A stretch of 64,000 bases of DNA from Octopus sinensis (lineage: Eukaryota): positions 35,228,464 to 35,292,463 of the forward strand of contig NC_043011.1 of the NCBI RefSeq assembly GCF_006345805.1. The letters are read 5' to 3'. A program made the position numbers and the translations under genes. Position 1 is the stretch's first letter, and each line of letters opens with the position of its first letter. Below, one piece after another: positions 25,687-39,559 of this stretch. The notes under the pieces are model-generated. The model ran no database searches. It had not been told where the DNA came from and worked only from the letters and a program-made list of their open reading frames with translations.

Positions 25687-26065
25687 GCACTCCGACGGTT
25701 ACGACGATGAGGGTTTCGGGTGATCCGAATGAACGGAACAGCCTGCTCGTAAAATTAACGTGTAAGTGGCTGAGCACTCCACAGACACGTGCACCCTTAA
25801 CGTAGTTCTCGGGGATATTCAGCGTGACACAGAGAGTGACAAGGCCGACCCCTTGAAATACAGGTACAACAGAAACAGGAAGTAAGAGTGAGAGAAAGTT
25901 GTGGTGAAAGAGTACAGCAGGGATCACCACCATTCCCTGCCGGAGCCTCGTAGAGCTTTTAGGTGTTTTCGCTCAATAAACACTCACAACGCCCGGTCTG
26001 GGAATCGAAACCGCGATCCTATGACCACGAGTCCGCTGCCCTAACCACTTGGCCATTGCGCCTCC
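25687..26065 (-). mobile_element. SINE C, full length
   Basis: Reverse complement of 55686-56058. Confidence 0.9.
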
Positions 26066-26657
26066 ACTACACACACACACACACATGTATTATTGGGACC
26101 AACACACTAGAAAATTCCCCAGCTTCATTGCAGGGGTTATCTTTTTAGATATTTGTTGAGAGTAGAATAACAACAACAACAACAACAACAATAATGATAA
26201 TAATGATAATAATAATAATAATATCGATTGTGTTGATACTTAGCCTTTGTAAATATATGACTGGACATATATTTGAACAAAATCTATTGTCTTTAAAATC
26301 TGTTTACAATATGGCTTAATCTTAATGACACTTTTTTTATATCGAAAAGTTGATTGAACCGAAGTACTAAAGTACAATATTATGTATGTATGTATGCATG
26401 TATGTATGTATGCATGTATGTATGTATGCATGCACACATGTATGCCAATATGTGTGTGTGTGTGTGAGTGTGTGTATTTGTGTGTGTGCGTCTATGTATG
26501 CATATATGTTTGTGTGAATAATATATATATGTATGTATATATGTTTGTGTGAATAATATATGTATGTCTACAAATGCAGTCATGGAATTTTAATGGATCA
26601 TATTTCTTCTCTATATCTATACGTTAACACTGCCACGCGTATAAGCACGTACACACA

Positions 26658-26695
<38 letters not shown>

Positions 26696-26832
26696 AACAC
26701 ACACACACACACGCACGCACACACAAATTGTTTTTGTCGGAGTTCAACCTAACAGATGTGGGTACTAAAAGAGCAATATTTTCGCCAACATCCAAAATAA
26801 TCAATACCATCTAGTTTCCATCTTGCGGATAT

Positions 26833-26878
<46 letters not shown>

Positions 26879-27215
26879 GTACGTATATATTGTACATACA
26901 GATTTACGTGTTTGTATATAAATATATGCATAAGGGCATATGCACTTGCATAAGTTCAAATGTATATAACTAGACATAAATCTTGAAATCTGCATTTATA
27001 TGCATTCATTGTTCGCTGTACTCATGCATATATGCACATACATACATGCATACATGCATACATATATACATATACCCATATGTATGCATACGTACAAACA
27101 CACACACAAACAGACATACATACACATATATACACATACATACATTCACATACATAGGTGCATACACACACATGCATGTATTTATGTATGTATGTGTGTG
27201 TGTGTATACACACAC

Positions 27216-27246
<31 letters not shown>

Positions 27247-27465
27247 AGGGGAGATACGTACATGTATGCATGTGTTTGTGGCAATTTACGTATGAAGTAA
27301 GCATGTTTGGATTTACACACACACTCACACACACACACACACACACATACACAGACACATATAGAGGGAGACAGGGTCTGTAAATACATACACACAGACA
27401 GTCACACACAGCACACACACACACACTTCAGCCACACACAGACGTTCATGCACACACACACGCAC

Positions 27466-27504
<39 letters not shown>

Positions 27505-27574
27505 AATTCATGAACACCTCAAATATGATATTTATGCTACGCACGAATATATGCATAAAAAACAGGTAAACATG

Positions 27575-28530
27575 TCTTCTCTTGTATGTATGTATGTATG
27601 TATGTATGTATGTATGTATGTATGTATGTATGTATGTATGTGTATGTATGTATGTATGTATTGTATGTATGTATTGTATGTATGTATGTATGTATGTATG
27701 TATGTATTATGTATGTATGTATGTATGTATGTATTATGTATGTATGTATGTATGGATGTATGTAGTTATGTATGTATTGTATGTATGTATTGTATGTATG
27801 TTATGTATGTCTGTATTGTATGTATGTATGTATGTATGTATGTATTGTATGTATGTATTGTATGTTTATGTATGTATGTATGTATTAGTATCTGTATGTA
27901 TGTATGTATTATGTATGTATGTATGTATGTATGTATGTATGTATGTATGTATGTATGTATGTATGTATGTATGTATGTATGTTATTGTATGATGTATGTA
28001 TGTATGTATGGTATGTATGTATTATGTATGTATGTATGTAGTATTAGTATGTATGTATGTTATGTATGTATGTATTATTGTATGTATGTATGTATGTATG
28101 TATGTAGTGTATTATTATGTATGTATGTAGGTATTATGTATGTATGTATGTATTATGTATGTATGTATGTATGTATGTATGTATTATGTATGTATGATGT
28201 ATGTATGTAGTATGTATGTATGTATGATGTATGTATTGTATGTATGATTGTATGTATGAATGTATGTATGTATGTAGGTATGTATGTATGTATGTATGTA
28301 TGTATGTATTGTATGTATGTATTGTATGTATGAATGTATGTATGTATTATGTATGTATGTATGTATTATGTATGTATGTATGTATGTATGTATGTATTAT
28401 GTATGTATGTATGTATGTACATGTATGTATGTATGTATGTATGTATGTATTGTATGTATGTATTGTATGTATGAATGTATGTATGTATGTATGTATGTAT
28501 GTATGTATGTATGTATGTATGTATGTATGT
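27575..28530. repeat. ~950-bp interrupted (ATGT)n array
   Basis: Direct reading. Confidence 0.95.
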
Positions 28531-29637
28531 GCATCTTTACATATGCATGTGTATGTGCCTATGTGTATGTATGTGTGTGCATGTCTGCGTACGTGTGTAT
28601 TTTCGCTTTTGTGTATGCGTCTGTATGCCGGATTATATATGTACACATGTTTTTATCATATGAAACGCTTCGTTTGTCTCTTCTTTTACTGGAATCCATC
28701 CTTTTGAAGTTTTTCTCAGGCAATAGTTTAGATTCAATGTCTTGCTTGTTCTTTCTCTCGTTGTTATTGTTGCCATTGTTGTTGTTGTTGTTGTTGTTGT
28801 TGGTGGTGGTGGTGTAACTGTTGTTGTGCATTGATTGATTTTTTATTTTATTGGATTTGTTTCTTGTGCTATTTCTTTGTCTCCTCTCTTTTCGTTAGAA
28901 GCCGACATGCTCTGAGATGTGTTGTCCTCAGTAACACACTTATCTGTCAAATACTTTGCGCAGTTATAAAACAGGAACACAAAAACAAAAAAATAATCAA
29001 AAAAAACGGAACACAAATCAAATAAAGAAACGGTCGTCTGCTCAAAAGCCTAACGACATTCGAATAAAGAACAGTTTATGGCAAACCTATTGCAAAATCA
29101 TTTTCTCTATAAACGACACGCTTTGAGTTAATTCACGCATACATCAGTCTACAAGATTAGCTCGTTTATCTCTTTGAAAGTATGCACTTAACCAGGTATG
29201 AATTATATAGGTGTATGTGTATGTGTGTGTATGTGTGTGTTTGTAAATGAAGGTGTGTGTGTTTGTATGCGATGATGTGCAAGCGTGTGTGCGTGCGTGC
29301 GTGCGTGCCTGCGTGCGTGCATCTGTACCTCTCGGTGGAAACGCGTACATACGTATAAGTTTGTGTATATGTCTATATATGTTTGCTGGTGCGTGTGTGT
29401 GTGTGTGTGTGAGTATGTATTTGTGTGTGTGTATGCGTGCAAGGATAAAAATTTAGTATGTTGGAAAGAGAAAAAAGTTTATATGCACAAATTTGCATAT
29501 GTGTACGCATATACCCACAAATATATATACGTGTATGTATATGTATATATTTAAATGTGAATATAATTAAACGCATATATATATATATATGTATATATGT
29601 GTGTGTATGTATGTATGTATGTATGTATGTAAGTATG

Positions 29638-29673
<36 letters not shown>

Positions 29674-29776
29674 TTAAGATAAACTTTCTTGGATGCGTGG
29701 CGTTCAATCAAATAATAATATAAATAATACAAATACATATGCATATATACATACATATATTTACATATATATGTGC

Positions 29777-29814
<38 letters not shown>

Positions 29815-30134
29815 ATGTATGCATATATGGGTACAGAACGTCACAAAACGTAAACAACATGACATACGAAAGTACGAAATACGAAAATAAATTATGTATG
29901 TATGTATGTATGTATGTATGTATGTATGTATGTATGTATGTGTGTATGTATGCATGCATGTATGCATGCATGTATGTATGTATGTATGTATGTATGTATG
30001 TATGTATGTATGTATGTATGTATGCGTGCGTGAGTGTGTGTCTGTGTGTGTGCACTTGTATTGAAACAATCAGTTCCAAAGAAAACTGTGAAACCTCTTT
30101 TGCATTTGTAGTACGACTTTTTGTGAAGGCATAT

Positions 30135-30455
30135 GGCTCAGTGTTTACGATATCCGGCTCACAATCATAAGGTCATGAGTTCAATTCCCGGTGTTGCGTT
30201 GTGTCGTTGAGCAAAACGCGTTATTCCATATTTCTCCGGTCTTCTCAGCTGGCAAAAATGAGCAGTACCTGTAATTCAAAGGGAGCCGTCCTTGTCATAT
30301 TCCGTGTCACGCTGAATCTCACCCGAGAACTACGCTAAGGGTACACGTGTCTGTCTGAGTGCTCAGCCACTCGCACGTTAATTTTACGAACAAGCTGTTC
30401 CGTTGATCGGATCGATTGGAACATTTGTCGTCTCGTAACCGACGGGAGAGCCACC
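30135..30455 (+). mobile_element. SINE family D (tRNA head, CORE, C-type tail)
   Basis: GGCTCAGTGTTTA...GAGTTCAATTCCC head; 3' half shared with family C (GTGTCACGCTGAATCTC...GTAACCGACGG). Confidence 0.75.
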
Positions 30456-30593
30456 GAGTAAGACATATAACTCGCGGTCAGTCGATCAAGGTGACCAGAG
30501 ATGGATTTCATGACTGCAATACGTTGAACCTGCGAATGGTTCAGAACGGTGACCATATCAAAGAAGTTATAGAATGAATGCTAAAGCAAAGAG

Positions 30594-30654
<61 letters not shown>

Positions 30655-30984
30655 GAGAGAGAGATGCGTGTGCGTGAGGAATGAAGCTAATCTTCAACGT
30701 GTTCTTAGAGTAGGATAATTAGTAGCGATCGAATTACCTGAGATATTTCTTTTTCTAGTCTCTCCCCCTCTGTCTCTCTCCCCTTTCTCACTCTACCACA
30801 CTCACTCTCCTCCTCACTTCCCTCTCTCCCCCTCTCTATCTCTGCCTCCTCTCTCTCTCTCTGTTTTCTCTCTCTGTCCATCAAGTTGGCGGGTTCTAAT
30901 GTGCTTTTTCTCTTCTATCTCTCATTACAAATATATATCTCTCTTTTTCTCGGTCTCTCTCTCTCTCTCTTTCTTTTCAAACAA

Positions 30985-31032
<48 letters not shown>

Positions 31033-31063
31033 TACATACTACATACATACATACATACATACA

Positions 31064-31096
<33 letters not shown>

Positions 31097-31114
31097 GTAT
31101 ATATGTATATATGT

Positions 31115-31274
31115 CGCCTGCAGCGACACGAAACGGGCTTTAGGTGAACAGTCGGCAGATTTCAAAAAATGCATCAGCGGCCAGCAAAATGATCTATCTA
31201 TCTATCTAACTATATATATATATAATATATATATATATAATATTAATATATATAATTATAATATATATATATAT

Positions 31275-31307
<33 letters not shown>

Positions 31308-31667
31308 TAGATAGATACATAGATAGATAGATGATAGATTAGATAGATAGGTACATACATGCATGCATACATACATACATACAATACATACATACAACAT
31401 TCATACATACATACATACATACATACACATACATATATACATATATCTTCACACGTAAGATTATTATATATATATATTCTAATCATTTGTAAACATAACG
31501 TTAGAGGTTTTTTATCTCACCAGCTGTCGTACTGGTATATTTTATAGGAAGATATCTCTATTCAGAAAATAAGCTATAACAACTGAAGGAGCATTTTGCT
31601 GGCCGCTGATGCATTTTTTGAAATCTGCTGACTGTCACCTAAAGCCCGTTTCGTGTCGCTGCAGGCG
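31115..31667. repeat. 76-77-bp inverted repeat pair around microsatellites
   Basis: 31115-31191 is the reverse complement of 31592-31667 with 2 differences; TGT on both outer flanks. Confidence 0.85.
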
Positions 31668-31868
31668 TGTAATCTCACAGTTTAACCATCATTGTCCTAA
31701 AATTTGGTTTTGCTCCATATATAGAAGGATTAAAGTGGGAAGGACCTTTATAGAATTAAGCATTTAGCACTTTTAATTCTGCGGTTACTTCAGTTCTTGG
31801 CAACGAAATTCGCTTCATTATGGGAATATTCCAAGTAAACAAGAAGCAAACATGCATAATATGTGTAT

Positions 31869-31894
<26 letters not shown>

Positions 31895-31900
<6 letters not shown>

Positions 31901-32070
31901 TCTTTTATTCTTTTACTTGTTTCAGTCATTTGACTGCGGCCATGCAGAACTTATTCTTTGTAAGCCTAGTACTTATTATATCGGTGTCTTTTGCCGAACC
32001 GCTAAGTTACGGGGACGTAAACACACCGATTGTCAAGCGATGGTAGGTGGACAAACACATGCATCTATAT

Positions 32071-32146
<76 letters not shown>

Positions 32147-32450
32147 ATATATTATAAACACATGTTTTTTTGTACACCACCTGTCTTCAGTCTTTTGTTT
32201 TTTTCGTAACAACTCCCCAACTATATATATATATATCTATATATATATATATATATATATCTGTGTGTATGTATGTATGTATGTAATACACGATGGCTTC
32301 TTTCATTCCGTCTATCAAATCCACTTACAAGGCTTCGGTCGGCCCGACGCTATAGCAAAAGACACTTGCCCAAGGTGCCACACAGTAGAACTGAACACGG
32401 AATCATGTGGTTAGGAAGGAAGCTTCTTACCACACAGCCACTTCTGCGCC
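31895..32450 (-). mobile_element. SINE A with expanded centre containing a PLE-type tail fragment
   Basis: Head and tail halves match family A; 32160-32220 matches the tail at 40725-40780. Confidence 0.8.
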
Positions 32451-32739
32451 TATATATATATAGACATACACACACACATATGCACACACAAACATACCCA
32501 CACACATACACACACATATATATGCACTCACAAGTGTTCGGACAAATGAAAGAGTTTGCACTGGACATATCTGGTAGGAATTACCTATATTTTGTAATAG
32601 TTTTACTCAGTGCCATTTGAGTTGAAGGGTTATGAAACGTCCTCTTTACCAGATACCAGAAGTGCTTACATCCAATATCTGCTGGCTGCGTCCTGCGTGC
32701 CAACGTAACTACAGGACTGAATCAAACTATTATTAAGAC

Positions 32740-33050
32740 AGTACAGTTCTATATCTAAGAGACGAGGAATTATGTACATTATTTACATTTGACGGATATT
32801 TGTCCTCATCTTGTTTGTTGTTAACACAACGTTTCGGCTGATATACCCTCCAGCCTTCATCAGGTGTCTTGGGGGAAATTTCGAACCTGGGTTCTCATTC
32901 CAAAAGAATTTTTCGATATTATTATTATTATTATTATCATTATTATTATTATTATTATTGTTATTATTATTCAGGTCACTGCCTAGAATCGAACTCGGAA
33001 TCTTGGGCCTCGTATCCCGCGCTCTTAACCACTACGCCATATGCCTGTGG
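32740..33050 (-). mobile_element. tRNA-headed element with (AAT)n spacer and hammerhead-bearing tail
   Basis: A box TGGCGTAGTGG (33039-33029), B box GAGTTCGATTC (32996-32986), (AAT)n 32918-32971, then an HHR and an AT-rich tail. Confidence 0.75.
32823..32868 (-). ncRNA. Canonical minimal type I hammerhead ribozyme
   Basis: GACAC-CTGATGA-A-GGCTG gagggtatat CAGCC-GAA-ACGT-T-GTGTT; intact core, 5-bp stems I and II, palindromic AACGTT stem III. Confidence 0.85.
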
Positions 33051-33289
33051 GTATATGATATAATAAAAACATGTACACACACACACATACACACACACAC
33101 ACTAACACACGCACTCATTCACCTCCTCCATACGCGCGCGCGCACACATGTTATAACTGTGAAAGTTTTTGCATCAGAGATGAAATTCCTTTTATCCCCT
33201 TTATGTTTATTGAGCAATTGTCTGAAAAGTGCATATTTAATGCAAACAAGATATCATTACTTTGTCTGACTACATTATATACGTGCATA

Positions 33290-33326
<37 letters not shown>

Positions 33327-33330
33327 GATA

Positions 33331-33436
33331 CGAAGGGTGTATGAAAAGTTTTGAGTCTTCAAGGCCTTTGAGCCTTGAAGTCTTGCACGATGTTATGTTT
33401 TCTTTTTGAGGCTCAAGGCTTTTCATACACCCGTCG
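33331..33436. mobile_element. 106-bp mariner-type MITE
   Basis: ~30-bp imperfect TIRs CGAAGGGTGTATGAAAAG / CTTTTCATACACCCGTCG, TA on both sides. Confidence 0.85.
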
Positions 33437-33699
33437 TATATTATATATTATATATGTATGAATATATATTGATATATTATGTATATGTACGCATTTATAT
33501 ATATATATACACATATGTATGTATGTATAAACAGAAAACAGGTGGAAATGCACAATAATGTTAAAACAAATATTTTATGTTTTCTTACAAAAACTAAAGA
33601 ACATAGAAATAGAATTTCATTTAGAAACATCACATCTTTCTATCTTACATTTGGAAAAGCTTCGCTCATCAGCGGAAAATGTGAAATTTTTTTTTCTAT

Positions 33700-34422
33700 T
33701 CTTGGCACATAACCCGACATTTTGGTGGGTGGGTCAGTCGATTAGATCGACCCCAGTACACAACTGGTATTTAATTTGTCGACCGCGATAGGATGAAAGG
33801 CTAAGTCGACTTCGGCGGAATTTGAACTCAGAAGGTTAAGACAGACGAAATACCTATTTCTTTACTACCCACAAGGGGCTAAACACAGAGAGGACAAACA
33901 AGGACAGACAAACGGATTAAGCTGATTATATCGACCCCAGTGCGTAAGTGGTACTTAATTTATCGACTCCGAAAGGATGAAAAGCAAAGTCGACCTCGGC
34001 GGAATTTGAACTCAGAAAGTAACGGCAGACGAAATACGGCCACGCATTTCGCCCGGCGTGCAAACGTTTCTGCCAGCTTGCCGCCTTCAATTATAAAATA
34101 TTATTTTCTACTCTAGGCACAAGTCCCGGATGTTTGGGGGAGGGGCCAGTCGATTAGATCAACACCAGTGCGTAATTGGAACTTAGTTTATCGACTTTAT
34201 TGTCTACAAGAGGCTAAACATAGAGGGGACAAACAAGGACAGACAAACGGATTAAGTCGATTACATCGACCCCAGTGCGTAACTGGTACTTATTTAATCG
34301 ACTCCGAAAGGATGAAAGACAAAGTCGACCTCTGCGGAATTTGAACTCAGAACGTAACAGCAGACGAAATACCTCTAAACATTTCGCCCGGCGTGCTAAC
34401 GTTTCTGCCAGCTCGCCGCCTT
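33700..34422 (-). mobile_element. Two adjacent SINE E multimers
   Basis: Four E modules with two heads (GCTCGCCGCCTT-type ends at ~34088 and ~34422). Confidence 0.88.
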
Positions 34423-34429
34423 AGGAAAA

Positions 34430-34880
34430 TGTGAACAATAGCTACAGTAATGAAAATATATAGAGGAAGATTGAATTATTGAAGGTTGAGAAAAAAGAGA
34501 AAGAAAAGGAAAAAGAAGTCCCTTTTCTCTCAACCTTCAATTCTCCTTATTTCCTTCCCTTACAAGAAGAATGAACCCACTGGAATCTACTCAGCATTCA
34601 CTCTATATTGACTGATGATACAGTATGTACGGATTTTCAAAGTCCAATAATACCCTGCACACCTATTTGATTATGAAGATTTACAAACATACTTTCTCAG
34701 TGAAACTCAATATACCTACCATTATAGATAATACCAAATGTTCCTTTTCGGACTTTTCATAATGTGATACAGGTCTTTGGTATAGCAATTGCATGCGACT
34801 GAAGAGAGCTTTAAACCATCTGTTATGTCGATTATACATTGATGTAAGAATAAGTAGTTTATAAAGCTTGAACACGTGTA
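34430..34880 (+). pseudogene. Degenerate Penelope-like RT-to-GIY-YIG linker region
   Basis: VPFLSTFNSP...HWNLL...DFQSPII resembles the PLE PFVxTYHP...HWxIL...FxxPPI pattern; many stops. Confidence 0.4.
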
Positions 34881-35042
34881 CCGCGACATCCTTTGTGTTC
34901 TGTTTTTTATTTCATTTGATACATATATCTCTCACCTCTGCTACTAGCTGGCATATACAGGTGGTTACATTTATCAAGTATTCACCCTGAATTTATATAT
35001 ATATATATATATATTATATAATATATATTATATATTATATAT

Positions 35043-35080
<38 letters not shown>

Positions 35081-35304
35081 CACATACAGGCTAAAACAGC
35101 TGTAAGTGATTTTAATGATTTCAATAATCTATACTAAGATTTTTTTTATTGTATTCTTATCCTATATGTATTGAATTTTAATGTATAAATGTATGTTATT
35201 ATGGTTTTCGTTTTGTTAAATAAATAAGTCAATATTTTAATATCTTAAAGCTGATAAACCAACTAAATTGTTTCTCCCTTTTCTTATTTATAAGATATAA
35301 CATA

Positions 35305-35343
<39 letters not shown>

Positions 35344-35352
35344 TATATATAT

Positions 35353-35397
<45 letters not shown>

Positions 35398-35469
35398 CAT
35401 ACATATATAATAATATAAATAATATATATAACATATGGTGTTTTATATTACGCGCATACATGTACATGC

Positions 35470-36110
35470 CTACATATATATGTATATATTCGTGCATATA
35501 TGGTTACAGAATGTCCCAAAACGTGAACAAAATGAGAAACGAGAATATAAAAAAGCTTGGAAAACGAACTTTTTTTCGAACAACGAAAGAAAGAAATAGA
35601 GAAACGTGACAGGCAACATAAAGAACACCCCCTTCATCAGTTGTCCCCTATTTTATCTACTCTGCGTTCGAAGGTAGGGACAAGATGCGACTTCGTTAAA
35701 ACAGTCCTTCCCGCAAAGCAAATTCAATAAAATTTGGGATTTTTGTGGAGGGTTAAAGTAGTAACAAAAGCAGGACAGTAAGAAAGAAAAAACAGTAAAA
35801 AAGACGTTGAGGGCTGTATAGCCCTAACGTGGTGAATTGGTGAACGCTGGAAAAACGAGCTTTGAGAAGAGACAGACAAAAGCACGTGTTGTCTTTAGGA
35901 AAGAAGTGGAAGAAAGATAGATAACTGTTGGTCACGTGTGAACAACGAGAGAGTCAAGGAGGAAGAGTGAGAGAGAGAGAGGGAACGGTAAAGGGGAGAG
36001 GAGAAGAATTGGATAAAAGGGTGGAAGAGAAAAGCAGAAAGGAAGAAGAACAAGAGATAGAGAGATAGAATAGAGATAGTTTGTAGAGTGCGCTATAGCG
36101 CTATATGATC
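35470..36110 (-). repeat. Copy of the 6320-7100 dispersed repeat
   Basis: Shared CCCCTTCATCAGTTGTCCC, CTACCTTCGAA and purine-rich blocks. Confidence 0.6.
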
Positions 36111-36134
36111 GAACGCCACACATCCATTTCCAAG

Positions 36135-36169
<35 letters not shown>

Positions 36170-36371
36170 TATATAAAAGTGTATACAACCATATAACCCA
36201 TACGAGAGAATTTAATTTAACTTAAAACCAAAGAAACTTTCGGTGTGGGGTTTTGTTCTCGAGCTGTTTCCCGCTCTTTTATTGAAGACCGCAAGAAAAC
36301 ATAAACACCGCACGGCAAAACACAGAAATAACCCTTAATTATATTATAGTAACGACAACAGAAAGATATTT

Positions 36372-36545
36372 ATTTCTTTATTGCCCACAGGGGGCGAAAC
36401 AAAGAGGGAACAAACAAGGACAGAGGAAAGGATTAAGTCGATTACATCGAGGCCAGTGTGTTACTGGTACTTATTTAAACGACCCCGAACGGATGAAAGG
36501 CAAAATCGACCTCGGTGGAATTTGAACTCAGAACGTAACTGCAAA
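36372..36545 (-). mobile_element. SINE E partial
   Basis: Central domain and tail. Confidence 0.8.
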
Positions 36546-37871
36546 CGAAATATTAAGGGGACAATAACAAGATCGAGCTTTTATATTCTTCATTCTGCAT
36601 TTGGGTTTGCATTACAACATTCTGAAGTCGATCATCTAGAATCAACTAAGTATAGGGATTAATTTAATTACTATAGATTTCTTATCCAATTTATTGAATA
36701 ATGAGATTTCCACTGTATATAGCAATGTAGGGAACCAGAAATGGGTTCCTTATAGGTCTAAAATGTACACCATGTATTGAGTAATCTTTTCATTTATTTG
36801 TAGACGAAAAATATTGACTCACATAGGCACACATCATTTATTCATAAGCATGTATAGTTTATTGTTTCTTCTCATATATGTTTGTGCGTGTGTGTGTATT
36901 TGTATGAATATATATAAACATATATATATACATATACTTATATACACCTATACTTGTGGCAACACACACACACATACACACATGCTTATATGCGAATAGC
37001 TATATAATGTTTCATATCCTTACTCAAGAACTCTTTCTCAGCTTTCAATGTAAAGTTTACATTGGAGCAACCATCAGTTTTAAACAACGATATTCTGTCC
37101 CTGTTAGCTATTTTTAATCCGAAAAAAAAAAAGAACCACAATAAATCTACTTCACTAGCCGGCCACATACATAAACTTCAGAAAAATTACACCATATATC
37201 TTGGTTTATCAGTTAAACTGGACCTCCATATAAGGGCCAAAATGTTCCGTCTTGATTCTACTCGAATGAATCTTGCACATAAACACTTGCTCATAACTTG
37301 GCACAATTATTAAACAAACAATATGAAACGTGGTCATATGTGGTCATAATTCTTTTTACATCTTTCTGTTTTACCACAGATCTAAATGCCGAAATACGGT
37401 TCCTTTTATACATATTATTCTCACTTACACAAAGGGATAATTCATATGCTTTTTAAACTTAAATTACATTAATATATTTTCTGTATTTCTTTTTATTTTA
37501 TCTTATGTTATTTTATTTGTTTTTATTTGATCTGTTTTAACCTATGATACATCACTTAATTTCTATAAGGACTAACTACTACATTCTGATTATTTACGCA
37601 ACTTACAATTTATATATATTTATATATGTTACCATTTAAATTAAATACTATCTAAATTAAATTAATATACTTACTTTATATATATATATACGTAAATGTC
37701 GAGTGATGAAAATGTGTGCTCAACACTGCATTGGTGGATATAATTTCTTTATTTGTGAATTAAGATTACCATTGGTTTCATGTTAAGAAATGTAGGAAAA
37801 TATCCTGTCTTAACAATTTTTCAAGCCGATCACATGGAGAAAGGTGTTCGCCTCCACCTTGAAAAACAGTC

Positions 37872-37921
<50 letters not shown>

Positions 37922-38148
37922 TGTGTGTAAGTGTGTGTGTGTGTGCGTGTGTGTGTGTGTGTGAGTGTGTGTAACTTCCTGAGAGTAAGTCTCTATCTAT
38001 CCTCATACATTCATGACCCTATCTTTCTTATACACTATCCTTTCTACCCTCACAAACCTTCCACTAATGATAAACCACGCTCACTCTTCGACGATTGAAC
38101 TGCTGAGAACTAAAATCCTCTACTAAGGATCAACTTCAATTTTCTTCC

Positions 38149-38248
38149 CTCCCTGATGATGGAATAATCCGTTACTATACGGAGAGCTTATCTTCGTCCG
38201 CTGAGAAATACATCATATATGTGTCTATTCTCGAAACAGCTGTAAGAG
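38149..38248 (+). ncRNA. Candidate hammerhead with long stem II insertion
   Basis: CTGATGA 38153-38159, GGAATA...TATTCT, GAA-ACAGCTGT-A; weak stem I. Confidence 0.4.
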
Positions 38249-38574
38249 ATTATCTGTACGCCTTCTAATCCTCTTGTGTATATAACACACTCTATTCTAA
38301 CAACTCTATTCTAAAAACTCTGAAATTATTTTAAAATAAATTCCAGGCTCTAAATGGATACCGACCGTTTGCCTGTTCATTATTTCTTTCCGCTTTATGT
38401 GTGCTTAATGATAAACCACTTATAGCCGTTCATTGCTAGGCATCTACAACACCTCTTCGTTTTAGTCGCAGGTCAAGTCGACGTTTTAATTGGTTAGTCA
38501 CTCTGAGTACTTATTGCATATACCTGTCATATTACGTTATTAGACGCAATTCTACCTGAACTCTTGTATACATA

Positions 38575-38800
38575 GAGGTGCAATGGCCTAGTGGTTAGGG
38601 CAGCGGACTCGCGGTCGCAGGATCGCGGTTTCGATTCTCAGACCGGGCGTTGTGTGTGTTTATTGAGCGAAAACACCTAAAAGCTCTACGAGGCTCCGGC
38701 AGGGGGTGGTGATCCCTGCTGTACTCTTTCACCACAATGGCGGTGCCCCAGCATGGCCACAGCTCAAGAGCTGAAACTGGAAAAACAAAACAAAACAAAA
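38575..38800 (+). mobile_element. Chimeric SINE: C head joined to A-type tail variant
   Basis: Break after TTTCACCACAA, then TGGCGGTGCCCCAGCATGGCCACAGCTCAAGAGCTGAAAC. Confidence 0.85.
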
Positions 38801-39559
38801 CAATATTTATGCATGTATGTATGTATATATGTTTGTATGTATGTATTACAATGTTTCCGTGTTATATGTGTGTATGTGTGTGTATATATGTGAGTGTGTG
38901 TATGTGTATGTATGTGTGTGTTTGAATGCAAATGCAAATCAGTAACAGCTGCCAGCTGCATTTCTGGTCGATCCACTTTTTAAATTAATTTTTGTCGGTC
39001 TATACAATTAACAATACGTATACGTATGGACGAATGTAAGTATATTTATATTACATGCAGCTGTGCATATGTTTATTCGTGCGTTTATGTAAGCGTTTAT
39101 TACTCTTAAACCTCATTACTTTTTGTTCGGAACTCTGATACTAATCTCTATACAACCAGCTTTATTGTGTAAAATATACTTGTTGACTTGTGGTGCTTCA
39201 ATGCGACGTCTATATTCAGAAAACTTCTTGTGACCTTGCTGCACGTTAAGAAAGAAAGTTTCGGAATATCATAGTTTGATTCTCTTGGGAATCCTTACTG
39301 TTTATCGTCATTATTTGAGTGCTCCACAGAACTGCTTTTCTGAAGAGAAGAAAAAATAAAACGGTTTTATATTCTTTTATCTGCGCTGTAATGGAACTCA
39401 CAATATGTTGGAAATAGTAGGAACGGTGTCCGCGCCTGCCTCTGGTGATTTTTACTGTGCAGCTATAGTACTTGTATACTGCACAGAAATTACTTTCCTC
39501 AAGAAAACCATAGGTTATTGTTATATTTGGGGATAGTCTTTTTTTTTTTGGTTTGCTTT

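Noticed and set aside
33700-34422. Regularly spaced repeats resembling a CRISPR or satellite array
   Set aside because: Modules are ~185-bp SINE E units with no unique spacers, in a eukaryotic context.
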